DNA of 64,000 nt, from assembly GCA_037446555.1 (NCBI GenBank), contig JBBIIK010000017.1:4067-68066 (forward strand), read 5' to 3'. The position numbers and the translations under genes were made by a program. Source of the stretch: Acidobacteriota bacterium. Lineage in GTDB: Bacteria > Acidobacteriota > Terriglobia > Bryobacterales > Bryobacteraceae. The notes under the pieces are model-generated. The model saw only the letters and a program-made list of their open reading frames with translations. It had not been told where the DNA came from and did not search any database. The stretch's first letter is position 1; each line of letters opens with the position of its first letter. This document shows positions 31,724 through 42,530 of the stretch, in pieces.

Positions 31724-32437
31724 TTACAGGCCCAGCGAATCGAGCACCTCTCCGACGCGCCGGTTCCAGGCAGCCGGGCCAGCATCTCCGGGCAGGAGCC
31801 GGATGGGATGGTCGACGAGCCCCAGGAACCCCTCGTCGTTGGGCGCGTCGCCGATGCCGAGGGTCACCAATTCTCCATGTTCCTTGCGCCACTGCTGAAT
31901 GAGCCACGCCACGGCGCCGTGCTTGCCTTCGTGGGCCAGCGCGTGGTGGAACCGTCCGCCGCGCGTGAGCCTCAGGCCGCGCTTTTCCAGCGCCTGGCGC
32001 AAGAGAGGTTCCTTGCCGACGGTCTCCAAAACGAACGGTTCGCTGAACTCGCGAGCCGCCGCCAGCCGTGCTGGTTCCGGGGGCATCTGGCACCGGGCGG
32101 CGATCTCCTCCACGTCCATGTCGGCGAAGCAGCGGATACGGGCGCCCGCTTCGGCGGCCGCCTCCATCAGCGCGGGGGTGATGAGCGCGCGTTCGCGCCC
32201 CAGAACGTGCACGCGGCCCTTCGCCAGCACGACACCGCCGCCGTTTTCCACGATACTGGGATGGGTGAGGCCGATCTCGCCGAGCCAGTGCTCCACCTCC
32301 AGCCGCGTCTTGCTGGTTGTGCAGACCACGGCCGCCCCGAGCCGCTGCAAGCGCTCCAGTGCGGGCCTTGCAGGCGCGTGCTCGTAGGTGAAGTGGTCGA
32401 GCAGGCAGTTGTCGAGATCGGTGAAAACCGCCAGCAT
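31724..32437 (-). CDS. HAD-IIB phosphatase, mannosyl-/glucosyl-3-phosphoglycerate phosphatase family (YedP-like)
   Basis: MLAVFTDLDNCLLDHFTYEHAPARPALERLQRLGAAVVCTTSKTRLE parallels the YedP/MpgP N-terminus (motif I DxD, motif II TSK). C-terminal GIGDAPND is motif IV. Confidence 0.7.
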   Translation of the reverse strand: MLAVFTDLDNCLLDHFTYEHAPARPALERLQRLGAAVVCTTSKTRLEVEHWLGEIGLTHPSIVENGGGVVLAKGRVHVLGRERALITPALMEAAAEAGARIRCFADMDVEEIAARCQMPPEPARLAAAREFSEPFVLETVGKEPLLRQALEKRGLRLTRGGRFHHALAHEGKHGAVAWLIQQWRKEHGELVTLGIGDAPNDEGFLGLVDHPIRLLPGDAGPAAWNRRVGEVLDSLGL

Positions 32438-32463
32438 GATTTCATTGTGACAGGCGGCGAGGG

Positions 32464-33789
32464 ATGAAACCCAGGCTCGAACTCGTGCTGCTGGCCGGTT
32501 TCGGCTCGATGATGCTGCTATCGAGCCTGTTGGGCTTTTCGCAGATGCGCCGCTCGGCCGTCTTGCAGCGGGAGCTGATCGATGCGCAGGAGCGCTATGC
32601 CGCCACCGAGCGGCTGGTGTCCGATCTTCGCGCGGACCTTTACCGCATCAGTCTGGACCTGCGCGACTTTCTTCTGGACCGCGACGCGGCGGACTCGGCC
32701 GAGGTTCGGCAGGAGATCGTCGAGGCGCGCCAGCGGATCCTGCGCTCGCTCGAGGAGCTGGAAAAGTCGCTGGGCGCGGCGGCGGAGGCCGAATCCATGG
32801 CGAGGCTGCGCGAGCGCGTGGAGAACTTTTTCACGCTGCTCGGGCCGCCGCTTGAGTGGAAGCCGGAAGTGAAGCTGGCGCTCGGCGGCAGCTATGTGCG
32901 CCGGGTTCTGCTGGGGAGGCGCGCCGAGATCAGCCTGATCGCCAGCGAGCTGCAGGCGCTGAATTATGAGAACCTCAGGCGCAGCCAGCAGCGGTTGCTG
33001 GAGGCGCAGCAAGAATTCCGCCACCGCCTGAACCGGCTCACCTACAGCATCCTCGTGCTGAGCGGCTTTGTGGCCGTGGCCAGCATCTGGTGGATCTTCC
33101 GGCTGGAGCAGCGCGCCCGCGCCGCCGAGCGCGAAATGCGCGACCTCTCGCAGAAGCTTGTGCAGGCGCAGGAAGCCGAGCGCAAGCGGCTGTCGCTCGA
33201 GCTGCACGACCAGGTGGGGCAGATGCTGACCGCGCTGCGCATGGAGATCGCCAACCTGGGGCGAATCGGCGCTAAAAACCCGGAGCTGTTCCGCAGCCGC
33301 TTGTTGCAGGCCAAGGAGATGGCCGAGGCGACGATGAAAACGGTCCGCGACCTGGCCATGGGGCTGCGCCCGTCGATGCTCGACGATTTGGGGCTCGGCC
33401 CCGCCATCGAATGGATTGCGCGCGAGTTTTCGCGTGTCTCTGGCATTCCGGTCGATGTCAGCGTCGAGGGCACGCTGGGGCGCCTGAGCGACGCGCAGAA
33501 GACCAGCCTGTTCCGGGTGGTGCAGGAGTCGCTCACCAATGTTGCCCGGCACGCTAGGGCGAAGCGCGTCTCCGTGCGGTTGGCGGAATCTGCCCACCGG
33601 CTGGAGCTGGTGGTGAGCGATGACGGAAAAGGCATCGAGCCGGGTAGGCGCCGGCGCGGGCTCGGGCTGCTGGGCATGGAAGAGCGCGTCCGGGAGCTGG
33701 GCGGAACCTTCACGCTGAGTTCCGTGCCAGGGGCGGGAACCACGGTGCGCGTGGAGATCCCTCTGGCGCCCATGGAGGTGGAGGCATGA
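32464..33789 (+). CDS. sensor histidine kinase (two TM helices, periplasmic helical sensor, HisKA_3 + HATPase_c)
   Basis: TM1 LVLLAGFGSMMLLSSLLGF and TM2 ILVLSGFVAVASIWWIF. The H-box is LSLELHDQVGQMLTAL. N/G boxes: TNVARHA, DDGKGI, GLGLLGMEERV. Confidence 0.88.
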   Translation: MKPRLELVLLAGFGSMMLLSSLLGFSQMRRSAVLQRELIDAQERYAATERLVSDLRADLYRISLDLRDFLLDRDAADSAEVRQEIVEARQRILRSLEELEKSLGAAAEAESMARLRERVENFFTLLGPPLEWKPEVKLALGGSYVRRVLLGRRAEISLIASELQALNYENLRRSQQRLLEAQQEFRHRLNRLTYSILVLSGFVAVASIWWIFRLEQRARAAEREMRDLSQKLVQAQEAERKRLSLELHDQVGQMLTALRMEIANLGRIGAKNPELFRSRLLQAKEMAEATMKTVRDLAMGLRPSMLDDLGLGPAIEWIAREFSRVSGIPVDVSVEGTLGRLSDAQKTSLFRVVQESLTNVARHARAKRVSVRLAESAHRLELVVSDDGKGIEPGRRRRGLGLLGMEERVRELGGTFTLSSVPGAGTTVRVEIPLAPMEVEA

Positions 33790-34436
33790 CCAGGGTTTTG
33801 CTCGCCGACGATCACGGCGTCGTGCGCAAGGGGCTGCGCTTTCTTCTCGAACAGGAGGCGGATTTCGAGGTGGCGGGCGAGGCCGCGGACGGACGCGAAG
33901 CGGTGCGGCTGGCGCGCGAGCTGTCGCCGGACGTGATCGTGATGGACATCGCCATGCCGCAGTTGAACGGCATCGACGCGACGGCGCAGATCGTGCGGCA
34001 GAACTCGCGCATCCAGGTGCTGATCCTCTCGATGCACAACGACGAAACCTACCTGCTGCGGGCGCTGGAGGCAGGCGCGCGCGGCTTCCTTCTGAAGGAC
34101 ACGGCCGAAGAGGATCTGGTGCGCGCCGTCCGGGTCGTGGCCCAGGGCAAGCCGTTTTTCAGCCCCGCCATCGCGCAGGCGCTGCTGGAGGATTACATGC
34201 GCAACCTCCAGCAGCGCAACCAGCAGGACAGCTACAGCCTGCTGACGGACCGCGAGAAAGAAGTGCTGCAACTGCTGGCCGAGGGGCGCTCGAACAAGGA
34301 AGTCGCGCAACTGCTGAACCTCAGCGTCTACACGGTGGAGACGCACCGCACGCGCATCATGCAGAAGCTGAACCTGCACAACACGGCCGAGCTGGTGCTT
34401 TACGCCGTGCGCAAGAAGATCATCCCAGGTCTTTGA
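33786..34436 (+). CDS. NarL/LuxR-family response regulator
   Basis: Receiver domain ([11 protein letters not shown]..., [13 protein letters not shown]). C-terminal LuxR HTH ([36 protein letters not shown]). ATGA overlap with the kinase gene. Confidence 0.92.
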   Translation: MTRVLLADDHGVVRKGLRFLLEQEADFEVAGEAADGREAVRLARELSPDVIVMDIAMPQLNGIDATAQIVRQNSRIQVLILSMHNDETYLLRALEAGARGFLLKDTAEEDLVRAVRVVAQGKPFFSPAIAQALLEDYMRNLQQRNQQDSYSLLTDREKEVLQLLAEGRSNKEVAQLLNLSVYTVETHRTRIMQKLNLHNTAELVLYAVRKKIIPGL

Positions 34437-34938
34437 GCGAAGCCCAGCGGGGATCGCGGAACGGTGCGCGGCAGCCGCAGTCCCGCTCGTTGCGGTTGGC
34501 GCCGCAATAGGGGCACAGGCCTTTGCAGTCGGGGCGGCAAAATAGCTGCATCGGCAGGCTGAGCAGGATCTGCTCCCGCAGCGCGCCGGCCAGCTCCACG
34601 CCCTCGCCCTCGTAGAACGCCAGGTCGATCTCGCCTTCTTCGAGGTGGATCTCGGCGTGGTTCGACGTGCGCACCACGGGGCGGTAGAACAGATCGAAGT
34701 CGGTGTCGATTTCGAGCCGGGCGGGCTCCAGGCAGCGGTCGCACACTCCTTCCATGTTGGCCCGCAGATGGCCCCGGATGCGAATCTCGCCCAGGGTGTT
34801 GCGCAACAGCTCCGTGCGGCCGGCCGCCGACAGCGCGCCCAACTGGTGAAGGTCTTCGGGGAAGGAGATCTCGCCCGGCTGGTAGCGGACGTCGAACAGG
34901 ATCGGATGATGCTCCAGCTCGGTGATGGAAAAGAACAC
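34420..34938 (-). CDS. yceD: YceD-family (DUF177) protein
   Basis: CDRCLEP...DFDLFY...LLSLPMQLFCRPDCKGLCPYCGANRNERDCGC is the DUF177 signature. Its 3' end overlaps the convergent response-regulator gene by 17 nt. Confidence 0.88.
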   Translation of the reverse strand: MFFSITELEHHPILFDVRYQPGEISFPEDLHQLGALSAAGRTELLRNTLGEIRIRGHLRANMEGVCDRCLEPARLEIDTDFDLFYRPVVRTSNHAEIHLEEGEIDLAFYEGEGVELAGALREQILLSLPMQLFCRPDCKGLCPYCGANRNERDCGCRAPFRDPRWASLKDLG

Positions 34939-34973
34939 GGCCCGCCTCCTCTGCCTTCATCATAGCCGCCCGC

Positions 34974-35744
34974 TCAGCGGCCGCGGAGGAATTTGCGGAT
35001 CGTCAGATCGTATAGTCCGGCACCCAGTAGCCCGCCCAGCAAGGGCGCCGCCACGGGAACCCACCAGACGCCGCTTCCGTCGGTGAGCCCGTTGACGCGG
35101 TAGCCGGCGACCACGGTCCACAGGCGCGGGCCCAAATCGCGCGCCGGGTTGATGGCGTAGCCGTGCAGCTTGCCGAAGCTGATGCCGATGGCCAGCACGA
35201 TCAGCGCCACCATGGCCGGGGTCAGGTACTGCGGCATGTCCAGGTTGTCCTCGTCTGTCACTGCGAAGACCAGGAACAGAAGCAGCGCCGTGCCGATCAC
35301 CTGGTCGAAAAAGCCCGCCGCGGGCACGTCAGGGAAGGCGGGAAACGTGGTGAAGATGCCGGCGCTTTTTTCGAGCAACGGATCGAACCGCAAAATCGCC
35401 TCGCGGTAGTTGAACCACACCAGCGCCGCGCCTGCCATCCCGCCTGCGGTCTGGCTCAAGGCATAGGGCAATGTCTTGCGCCACGGAAAGCCGCGGAACA
35501 CGGCCAGCGCCAGAGTCACCGCCGGGTTCAGGTGCGCGCCGCTGACCCGCATCGACGCCATGACGCCGAACATCACCCCCAGCGCCCAGCCCATGGTGAT
35601 GTTTGTATAGCCCCCGTGCACCACCTCGCCCGGCGCGCCGGTGCCGAACAGCAGCACCATCGCCACCACGCCGGCGCCAAAGATCAGAATGAACATGGTG
35701 CCGATGAACTCCGCGGCAAGTTCCGCGGCGAAATGGAACCGCAT
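34974..35744 (-). CDS. glpF: MIP-family channel, aquaglyceroporin (GlpF-like)
   Basis: Two NPA boxes are present: SGAHLNPAVTLA and YAINPARDLGPR. The NPARDxGPR form is typical of GlpF-type channels. Six TM helices. Confidence 0.8.
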   Translation of the reverse strand: MRFHFAAELAAEFIGTMFILIFGAGVVAMVLLFGTGAPGEVVHGGYTNITMGWALGVMFGVMASMRVSGAHLNPAVTLALAVFRGFPWRKTLPYALSQTAGGMAGAALVWFNYREAILRFDPLLEKSAGIFTTFPAFPDVPAAGFFDQVIGTALLLFLVFAVTDEDNLDMPQYLTPAMVALIVLAIGISFGKLHGYAINPARDLGPRLWTVVAGYRVNGLTDGSGVWWVPVAAPLLGGLLGAGLYDLTIRKFLRGR

Positions 35745-35757
35745 GGATCAGAGCCTA

Positions 35758-36519
35758 CTACGGCAGGCGGGCGGCTAGCCAGCCGAGCATCTCCAGCTGC
35801 CGGTCCAGTTGTCCGTGCTCCACCTCGACATTGACATAGCGCACGCCGCGGGCTGCGCACCAGCGCGAGAGCGAGCCGTCGTCCTCCCCGCCCGGCCGGT
35901 TTTGCAGCACGGCGTTGAAAGGTCCGCGCGCCCCGATTTCATAGTCCTGTTCGGAAGTGAAGAGGAAGAAATTCCGCGGCTCGTCCGGGCGCGGGCGGTG
36001 AATCCGCTGCGAGATGGGCGCCTCGGTCTCCATCGAGTATCCGGGGCCGTTGTTGTGCGCTGCAATCCACAGCCCTCCGGGCGGCGGCGCGATCCTTTCC
36101 ATGAGCGCGGGCCGTTCCCGGTCGAGGCGGTCCAACAGCGCCAGCACCGCCTCCGGCGGCGCCTCCGGGTTCAGCAGGCGCAGGTTCTTCTCCGCGCCCG
36201 CGCGGGAGAACATGCGGTTCGGATCGAGCCGCAGGCCGTTGACGGCGACGTGGCGCGTCTTTGAATCGGCGATCCAGGCTTCGCCGGGAATCTCTACGAG
36301 GAGCCGCTCCACAGCCTCGCGCGCGGTCTCCTCATTGCCGTGGATCCGCAGAAAGCGGCGCGAAGACTGCCCGTTGCGGAGGCGGTGGAACGCGATGCCG
36401 GCCAGCTCCAGCCGCTGCCGCTCCACTTCGGCGCGGGCGCGCAAGGGCAGCAAAAGCGCGGGCGCGGCCAGCAGAGCTCTTCTGGAGAATTTCGTCCTGA
36501 TCGCGGTTGCCGGGGCCAT
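35758..36519 (-). CDS. Tat-exported M14-like zinc carboxypeptidase/amidase-fold protein (MpaA-like)
   Basis: GGAGGAA lies 3 nt before ATG 36519. Twin-arginine signal FSRRALLAAPALLLPLRARA. LRIHGNEETA (HxxE), LDPNRMFS (NR) and WIAAHNNG (3rd His) are spaced as in small M14 amidases. The rest of track ORF 35758..37413 is antisense to the Glu dehydrogenase gene. Confidence 0.5.
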   Translation of the reverse strand: MAPATAIRTKFSRRALLAAPALLLPLRARAEVERQRLELAGIAFHRLRNGQSSRRFLRIHGNEETAREAVERLLVEIPGEAWIADSKTRHVAVNGLRLDPNRMFSRAGAEKNLRLLNPEAPPEAVLALLDRLDRERPALMERIAPPPGGLWIAAHNNGPGYSMETEAPISQRIHRPRPDEPRNFFLFTSEQDYEIGARGPFNAVLQNRPGGEDDGSLSRWCAARGVRYVNVEVEHGQLDRQLEMLGWLAARLP

Positions 36520-36555
36520 TTCCTCCGAGGATAATGGGGGCGGAGGTATTCCTGC

Positions 36556-37845
<1,290 letters not shown>

Positions 37846-37850
37846 AAGGA

Positions 37851-40454
37851 GTGGGCCAGGAACCGACGACGCCGCTGATGCGGCAATACCACGCGGCGAA
37901 ACAGCAGGCGCCCGGCTGCCTGCTGTTTTTCCGCCTCGGCGACTTCTACGAACTCTTCTACGAGGACGCCGTCACCGCGGCGCGCGAACTGGAGATCACG
38001 CTCACCTCGCGCAACAAGGAGCGCGGCGAGCCCGTGCCCATGTGCGGCGTGCCCTTCCACGCGGCCGAGGGCTACGTGGCGCGGCTCATCCAGAAGGGCT
38101 ACCGCGTGGCCATCTGCGAGCAGATGGAGGACCCGCGGCTGGCGAAGAAGCTCGTGCGGCGCGAGATCACGCGCATCGTCACGCCGGGCACCGTCACAGA
38201 ATCCGCCCTGCTCGACGCCGCGCGCAACAATTATCTGGCGGCGCTGTGCGCGAGCCGCGGACAGGCGGGGCTGGCGTGGGTGGACGTCTCCACCGGCGAG
38301 TTCCGCGCCACCGAGCTCCCGGCTCAGGAAGCTGCGGCGCTGCTCGAGCAGCTCAACGTCCGCGAGCTGCTCGCCCCCGAGCCGGACTCCGCTCCGCGCA
38401 GCCGCTGGACGGTGACTTCAGCCGAGCCCTGGACCTTCGATCCGCCCCACGCCGAGCAGCTCCTGCGCGAGCACTTCCGCCTGCTGGCGCTGGACGGTTG
38501 CGGGCTCGCCGGGCGCCCTCTGGCTACCGGCGCCGCCGGCGCAATTCTCGCCTACCTGCGCGAGACGCAGCGCTCCACGCTTGGACACCTGGACCGCCCC
38601 CTCTACGCCGACCGCTCCGGCGCAATGATGCTCGACGCGGTCACCGTGCGCAATCTGGAGCTGGTTGAGCCGCTGTTTACCGCCGATGCCGGCGGCGGGC
38701 GCGACGCCACACTGATCTCGGTGATCGATCAGACCCGCACCGGCATGGGCGCGCGCTTGCTGCGCAAGCGGCTGCTGGAGCCGTCGCTGGACCGCGCGGA
38801 GATCGAGGCGCGCCTGGACGCCGTCGAATGGCTTGTCCGCTCGACCATCCCGCGCACGCGGCTGCGCGAGACGCTGGGCCGCATGCTCGATCTCGAGCGC
38901 CTGCTGGCGCGGATCACCGTCGGAACCGCCACGCCCCGCGACCTGCTCGGCCTGGGACGTACGCTCGCCTGCGTTCCCGAGCTGCGCCCGCCGCTCGAAG
39001 GGGCCCAACCGGCGCGCCTGCGCGAAGCCGCCGCCGCGCTGGACGACGTCCCTGACTTGCGCGAGAAGCTCCTGGCCGCCATCAGCGACAACACGCCCGC
39101 CAACGCCGCCGACGGGGGCCACATCCGCGCGGGCTTCAGCGCCGAACTCGACGAGCTGCGCCACCTGGCCACCCACTCGCGGCAGATCATTGCCGCCATC
39201 GAGGCCAGGGAGCGCCAGCGCACGGGCATCGCTTCGCTCAAGGTCCGATTCAACAACGTCTTCGGCTTCTACATCGAGGTCTCGAAGCCCAACCTCCACC
39301 TCGTGCCCGCCGATTACGAGCGCAAACAAACGCTCGTCAACGCCGAACGCTTCACCACGCCGGAACTGAAGGAGCTGGAGGCGAAAGTGCTCGACGCTGA
39401 AGAGCGGGCGCTGGATCTGGAGCGCGCGATTCTCGCCGGGCTGCGCGCCGCCGCGGCCGCCGAATCGCAGCGCCTGCGCGCCACCGCGGCCGCCGTGGCC
39501 GGCATCGACTTCTACGCGGCGCTGGCCGAAACTGCCGTCGAGCGCCGCTACACGCGGCCGCGCTTCTCCGATGCGGGCGAGATGAAAGTGGTGGCCGGTC
39601 GCCATCCGGTGATCGAAAAGCTGGCCGAGGCCGAAGCCGGCCATTTCATCCCGAATGATCTGTATCTCGATCTGGACGCGCACCGCATCGCCGTGATCAC
39701 CGGCCCGAACATGGGCGGCAAGTCCACTTACCTGCGGCAGGCGGCGCTGATCGCCGTGCTGGCGCAGATGGGAAGCTTCGTGCCGGCACAGGAGGCCGTG
39801 CTGCCGCTGATCGACCGCGTGTTCACGCGCATCGGCGCCAGCGACAACCTCGCCCGCGGCCGGTCGACCTTCATGGTGGAGATGACCGAGACGGCCGTGA
39901 TCCTGAACACGGCCACCCGCCACAGCATGATCGTGCTGGACGAGATCGGCCGCGGAACGGCCACTTACGACGGCCTGGCGCTGGCCTGGGCGGTGCTCGA
40001 ATACATCCACGACCGCATCGGCGCGCGCACTCTGTTCGCCACGCACTATCACGAGCTCACAGAGCTGGCCGGGCGGCTGGAGGGCGTCGTGAACCTCCAT
40101 GTCTCGGTGAAGGAATCGGGCGACCAGCTCATCTTCCTGCGCCGCGTCGAGGCGGGCAGCGCGGATCGAAGCTACGGAATCGAAGTGGCGCGGCTGGCGG
40201 CGCTGCCGCTCGAGGTGATCGAGCGCGCCCGCGAAATCCTGGCGCTGCACGAAAAGAAGGAAGTGACGGTGAGCGATCAGCTCGAGGCGCCGAAGCGGAA
40301 GGACGCCGCATCGCCCGGCTTGCAGATCCGGCTGTTCGAGCCTGTGGGCTGGCAGATCGCCGAGCGCATCCGGCAGCTCGATATCGACAATCTGCGCCCG
40401 GTCGAGGCGCTCAGGCTGCTCGCAGAGTTGAAAGAGGAGCTTGGGCGGGAGTAA
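37851..40454 (+). CDS. mutS: DNA mismatch repair protein MutS
   Basis: TPLMRQYHAAKQQAPGCLLFFRLGDFYELFYEDA is the canonical N-terminus. Walker A GPNMGGKST. DEIGRGTATYDG. GTG 37851 lies just after the gdh stop and an AAGGAG; ATG 37878 is the alternative. The track start 37650 is inside gdh. Confidence 0.93.
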   Translation: MGQEPTTPLMRQYHAAKQQAPGCLLFFRLGDFYELFYEDAVTAARELEITLTSRNKERGEPVPMCGVPFHAAEGYVARLIQKGYRVAICEQMEDPRLAKKLVRREITRIVTPGTVTESALLDAARNNYLAALCASRGQAGLAWVDVSTGEFRATELPAQEAAALLEQLNVRELLAPEPDSAPRSRWTVTSAEPWTFDPPHAEQLLREHFRLLALDGCGLAGRPLATGAAGAILAYLRETQRSTLGHLDRPLYADRSGAMMLDAVTVRNLELVEPLFTADAGGGRDATLISVIDQTRTGMGARLLRKRLLEPSLDRAEIEARLDAVEWLVRSTIPRTRLRETLGRMLDLERLLARITVGTATPRDLLGLGRTLACVPELRPPLEGAQPARLREAAAALDDVPDLREKLLAAISDNTPANAADGGHIRAGFSAELDELRHLATHSRQIIAAIEARERQRTGIASLKVRFNNVFGFYIEVSKPNLHLVPADYERKQTLVNAERFTTPELKELEAKVLDAEERALDLERAILAGLRAAAAAESQRLRATAAAVAGIDFYAALAETAVERRYTRPRFSDAGEMKVVAGRHPVIEKLAEAEAGHFIPNDLYLDLDAHRIAVITGPNMGGKSTYLRQAALIAVLAQMGSFVPAQEAVLPLIDRVFTRIGASDNLARGRSTFMVEMTETAVILNTATRHSMIVLDEIGRGTATYDGLALAWAVLEYIHDRIGARTLFATHYHELTELAGRLEGVVNLHVSVKESGDQLIFLRRVEAGSADRSYGIEVARLAALPLEVIERAREILALHEKKEVTVSDQLEAPKRKDAASPGLQIRLFEPVGWQIAERIRQLDIDNLRPVEALRLLAELKEELGRE

Positions 40455-40590
40455 GCGGGCGCGCCGGCGGCATGCGGCCCCGCCGGGGCAGGCCAGCGCC
40501 GGTTGAGGAGTCAGGCTGTGGGTTGCGGCCGGGGAAAATCCGCGCAGCAGGAGCTCGCCGAACCCCTCGCGGGGCGCGCACCGGCTCGAA

Positions 40591-42492
40591 TCACTGCCCG
40601 AGGTACAAGGCGGCGAAGCGCTGCGCCTCCTCTTCCACCTTCTCCTTCGGCACCGCTTTCGGGCTCGTATAGCGGAGCGACGCGAGACTCATCTTCGGCG
40701 CCAGCGCCGCCCAGACGAGCTGCACCTTGTGCGCCCCGTACCAGACGCTGCCGTTATGGTCCTCCGTGCGCGCGCCCTTCCAGCCGCGCAGGTTCCAGAC
40801 CTTGAGGTGGACTTCCGGGAAGAACTCCTGCATGGCGCCGAGGTTCATGTTGGCGGGACGGTCCGTGTAGGGGACGCCGCCTTCGAGGATCTCCAGTTTC
40901 TCGAGCCCCCCGCCGGAGGCGGTGACGAAATGCGAGCGCAACTCGAAGTCGCCACGCCAGCGGATGGTGGTGCGCACGCGGGCGGTGACGCCCTTCAGAC
41001 GGATCTCGTAGGCGAGTTCCACGCTTTCGGCCTCGACGGAGCTTTCCTCGACGGGGCCGCGGCAGGCGCACTCGCCGGTGGCCGGATCGCGCAGCAGCAC
41101 GATATTGTCGGGCGTGGGCTTTTGCGTGTCGTGGTTGACGGCGAAGGGGAAGTGGGAATTGTAGGCCAATTTGTTATATTTGTCGCGGTAATGCGGCTCG
41201 GTTTTCGTGGAAAGCGCGTTGTAGATCCACACCTGTCCGCTCGTGCGGGCGCCGCGGACGAGGAGCCCGGCCTCGGGAATGGCGACCGCGTAATCGGACT
41301 TCTCCACCGGAAGCGGCTCAGGCGGTGCGGTCCAGAAGGGGTCGCCGTCGGGGATCCGCCAGAAGTCGAACGCCTGCATGCCCCAATAGGGGTGCCCGCC
41401 GTCGATGTAGGACTCGCAGATGTCGCGCGTGCCCTCGCGGGTATAGGTTTCGCGGAGCTTGCCGGCGGCGGCGTCGAAGGCGCCGAGGTCCCACTGCCAG
41501 AAGATGTTGCGCTCCACCATGCGGCGCAGCAACCCGGGCGAGTGCGGCCAGAGCCCCTGCCGCCAGGCGAGCACGAAGGGCGTGAGGCACGCCCAGCGGT
41601 AGATGAGCGAGCGCCCGTAGAGGACGTGCCCGCCATGATTGGCGAAGAAATAAGGCGCGATTTCGAGATAACTCTTCAGTCTTTCCGTAAATTTCTGGCG
41701 GAAGTCCGGATAAAGCGGTCCAACCAGCTCGTTCCAATAGAGGAAATGCGAGGCAAAGACCCAGGAATTGTAGTAATCGAAGGCGGCGCCTTTGAGCGTA
41801 TCGTTGTACCAGCCGGACGTGCCGGCGGCCATCGAGTCCAGCGCGCGCAAGTCGGCGAGCATCCAGCGCTCGTCGAAAGAGAACTCGGGGCGGATTTCAC
41901 GCAGCCGGCGGCAGGCAGCCTGGACGACGGCGGTGAACCACGCCCAGTTGTTGTTGCGCACCGGGACGCGGCAGCAGGAGGCGAGCCACGCGGCGACGTT
42001 GCGCACCTGGCGGGCGTCGAGAGCGGGCAGGACGATGTCGCGCGCCGTCCAGAGGCTCCAGGCCACGATCGAGGCCTCCACCTGCCGCTGGTTTTGTCGG
42101 TCCTCCGGCGACGGGAGCCAGTAATCCGGGCACTCGGGGTCCGTGCCGTTGGCGAAGGCGGAAATCATGGCCTCCCGCGCGCCGAGATCGGGCTGGCGTC
42201 CGCCGGCGGCCCACGCGGCGAGCGCGGGCAGCATGCGGGTGACGCCAGTGGCGCTGAGGCCGGACTTGGCCAGGTAACTCTTTGTGACAGTCGCTTGGGG
42301 AAATTCGACCACGGCGAGCGTAGGGGAGGTGCGGCGCGCGGCTTCCAGATATCCGCGGACGATCTCGAGAAACGCCTGGCGGACGCGCTCGCCCGGAGGC
42401 GGTGGCGTGGGCGGCTGCTGGGCCTCATTTTTCTTGCCCCGCTGCCCCATTGCGGCCGCAGGCACAAGAGCCAGGAATTCGCGGCGAACCAT
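40591..42492 (-). CDS. Tat-signal DUF2264-like protein
   Basis: MVRREFLALVPAAAMG is a twin-arginine N-terminus. The 633-aa alpha-rich body (YWLPSPEDRQNQRQVEASIVAWSLW..., YGRSLIYRWA...) matches my recollection of DUF2264. The upstream 194 codons of the track ORF are Arg/His-rich and overlap the DUF362 gene. Confidence 0.55.
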   Translation of the reverse strand: MVRREFLALVPAAAMGQRGKKNEAQQPPTPPPPGERVRQAFLEIVRGYLEAARRTSPTLAVVEFPQATVTKSYLAKSGLSATGVTRMLPALAAWAAGGRQPDLGAREAMISAFANGTDPECPDYWLPSPEDRQNQRQVEASIVAWSLWTARDIVLPALDARQVRNVAAWLASCCRVPVRNNNWAWFTAVVQAACRRLREIRPEFSFDERWMLADLRALDSMAAGTSGWYNDTLKGAAFDYYNSWVFASHFLYWNELVGPLYPDFRQKFTERLKSYLEIAPYFFANHGGHVLYGRSLIYRWACLTPFVLAWRQGLWPHSPGLLRRMVERNIFWQWDLGAFDAAAGKLRETYTREGTRDICESYIDGGHPYWGMQAFDFWRIPDGDPFWTAPPEPLPVEKSDYAVAIPEAGLLVRGARTSGQVWIYNALSTKTEPHYRDKYNKLAYNSHFPFAVNHDTQKPTPDNIVLLRDPATGECACRGPVEESSVEAESVELAYEIRLKGVTARVRTTIRWRGDFELRSHFVTASGGGLEKLEILEGGVPYTDRPANMNLGAMQEFFPEVHLKVWNLRGWKGARTEDHNGSVWYGAHKVQLVWAALAPKMSLASLRYTSPKAVPKEKVEEEAQRFAALYLGQ

Positions 42493-42530
42493 GCTTCCGG
42501 CATTATGCCGCAAGGCGCGTGCGGCGTGCG

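Noticed and set aside
30486-34436. Possibility that the yceD-rpmF insert is a mobile genomic island.
   Set aside because: There is no integrase, transposase, flanking direct or inverted repeats, or tRNA, and no visible compositional shift. I report it only as a synteny break, not as a mobile element.
40455-40590. Small ORFs and hairpins in the 136-nt mutS / DUF2264 convergent spacer (e.g. the track ORF 40472..40672).
   Set aside because: The ORF is Arg/Pro-rich and overlaps the DUF2264-like gene's 3' end. The palindromes there (ccccgccgggg, cccctcgcgggg) have loops too short to fold convincingly.
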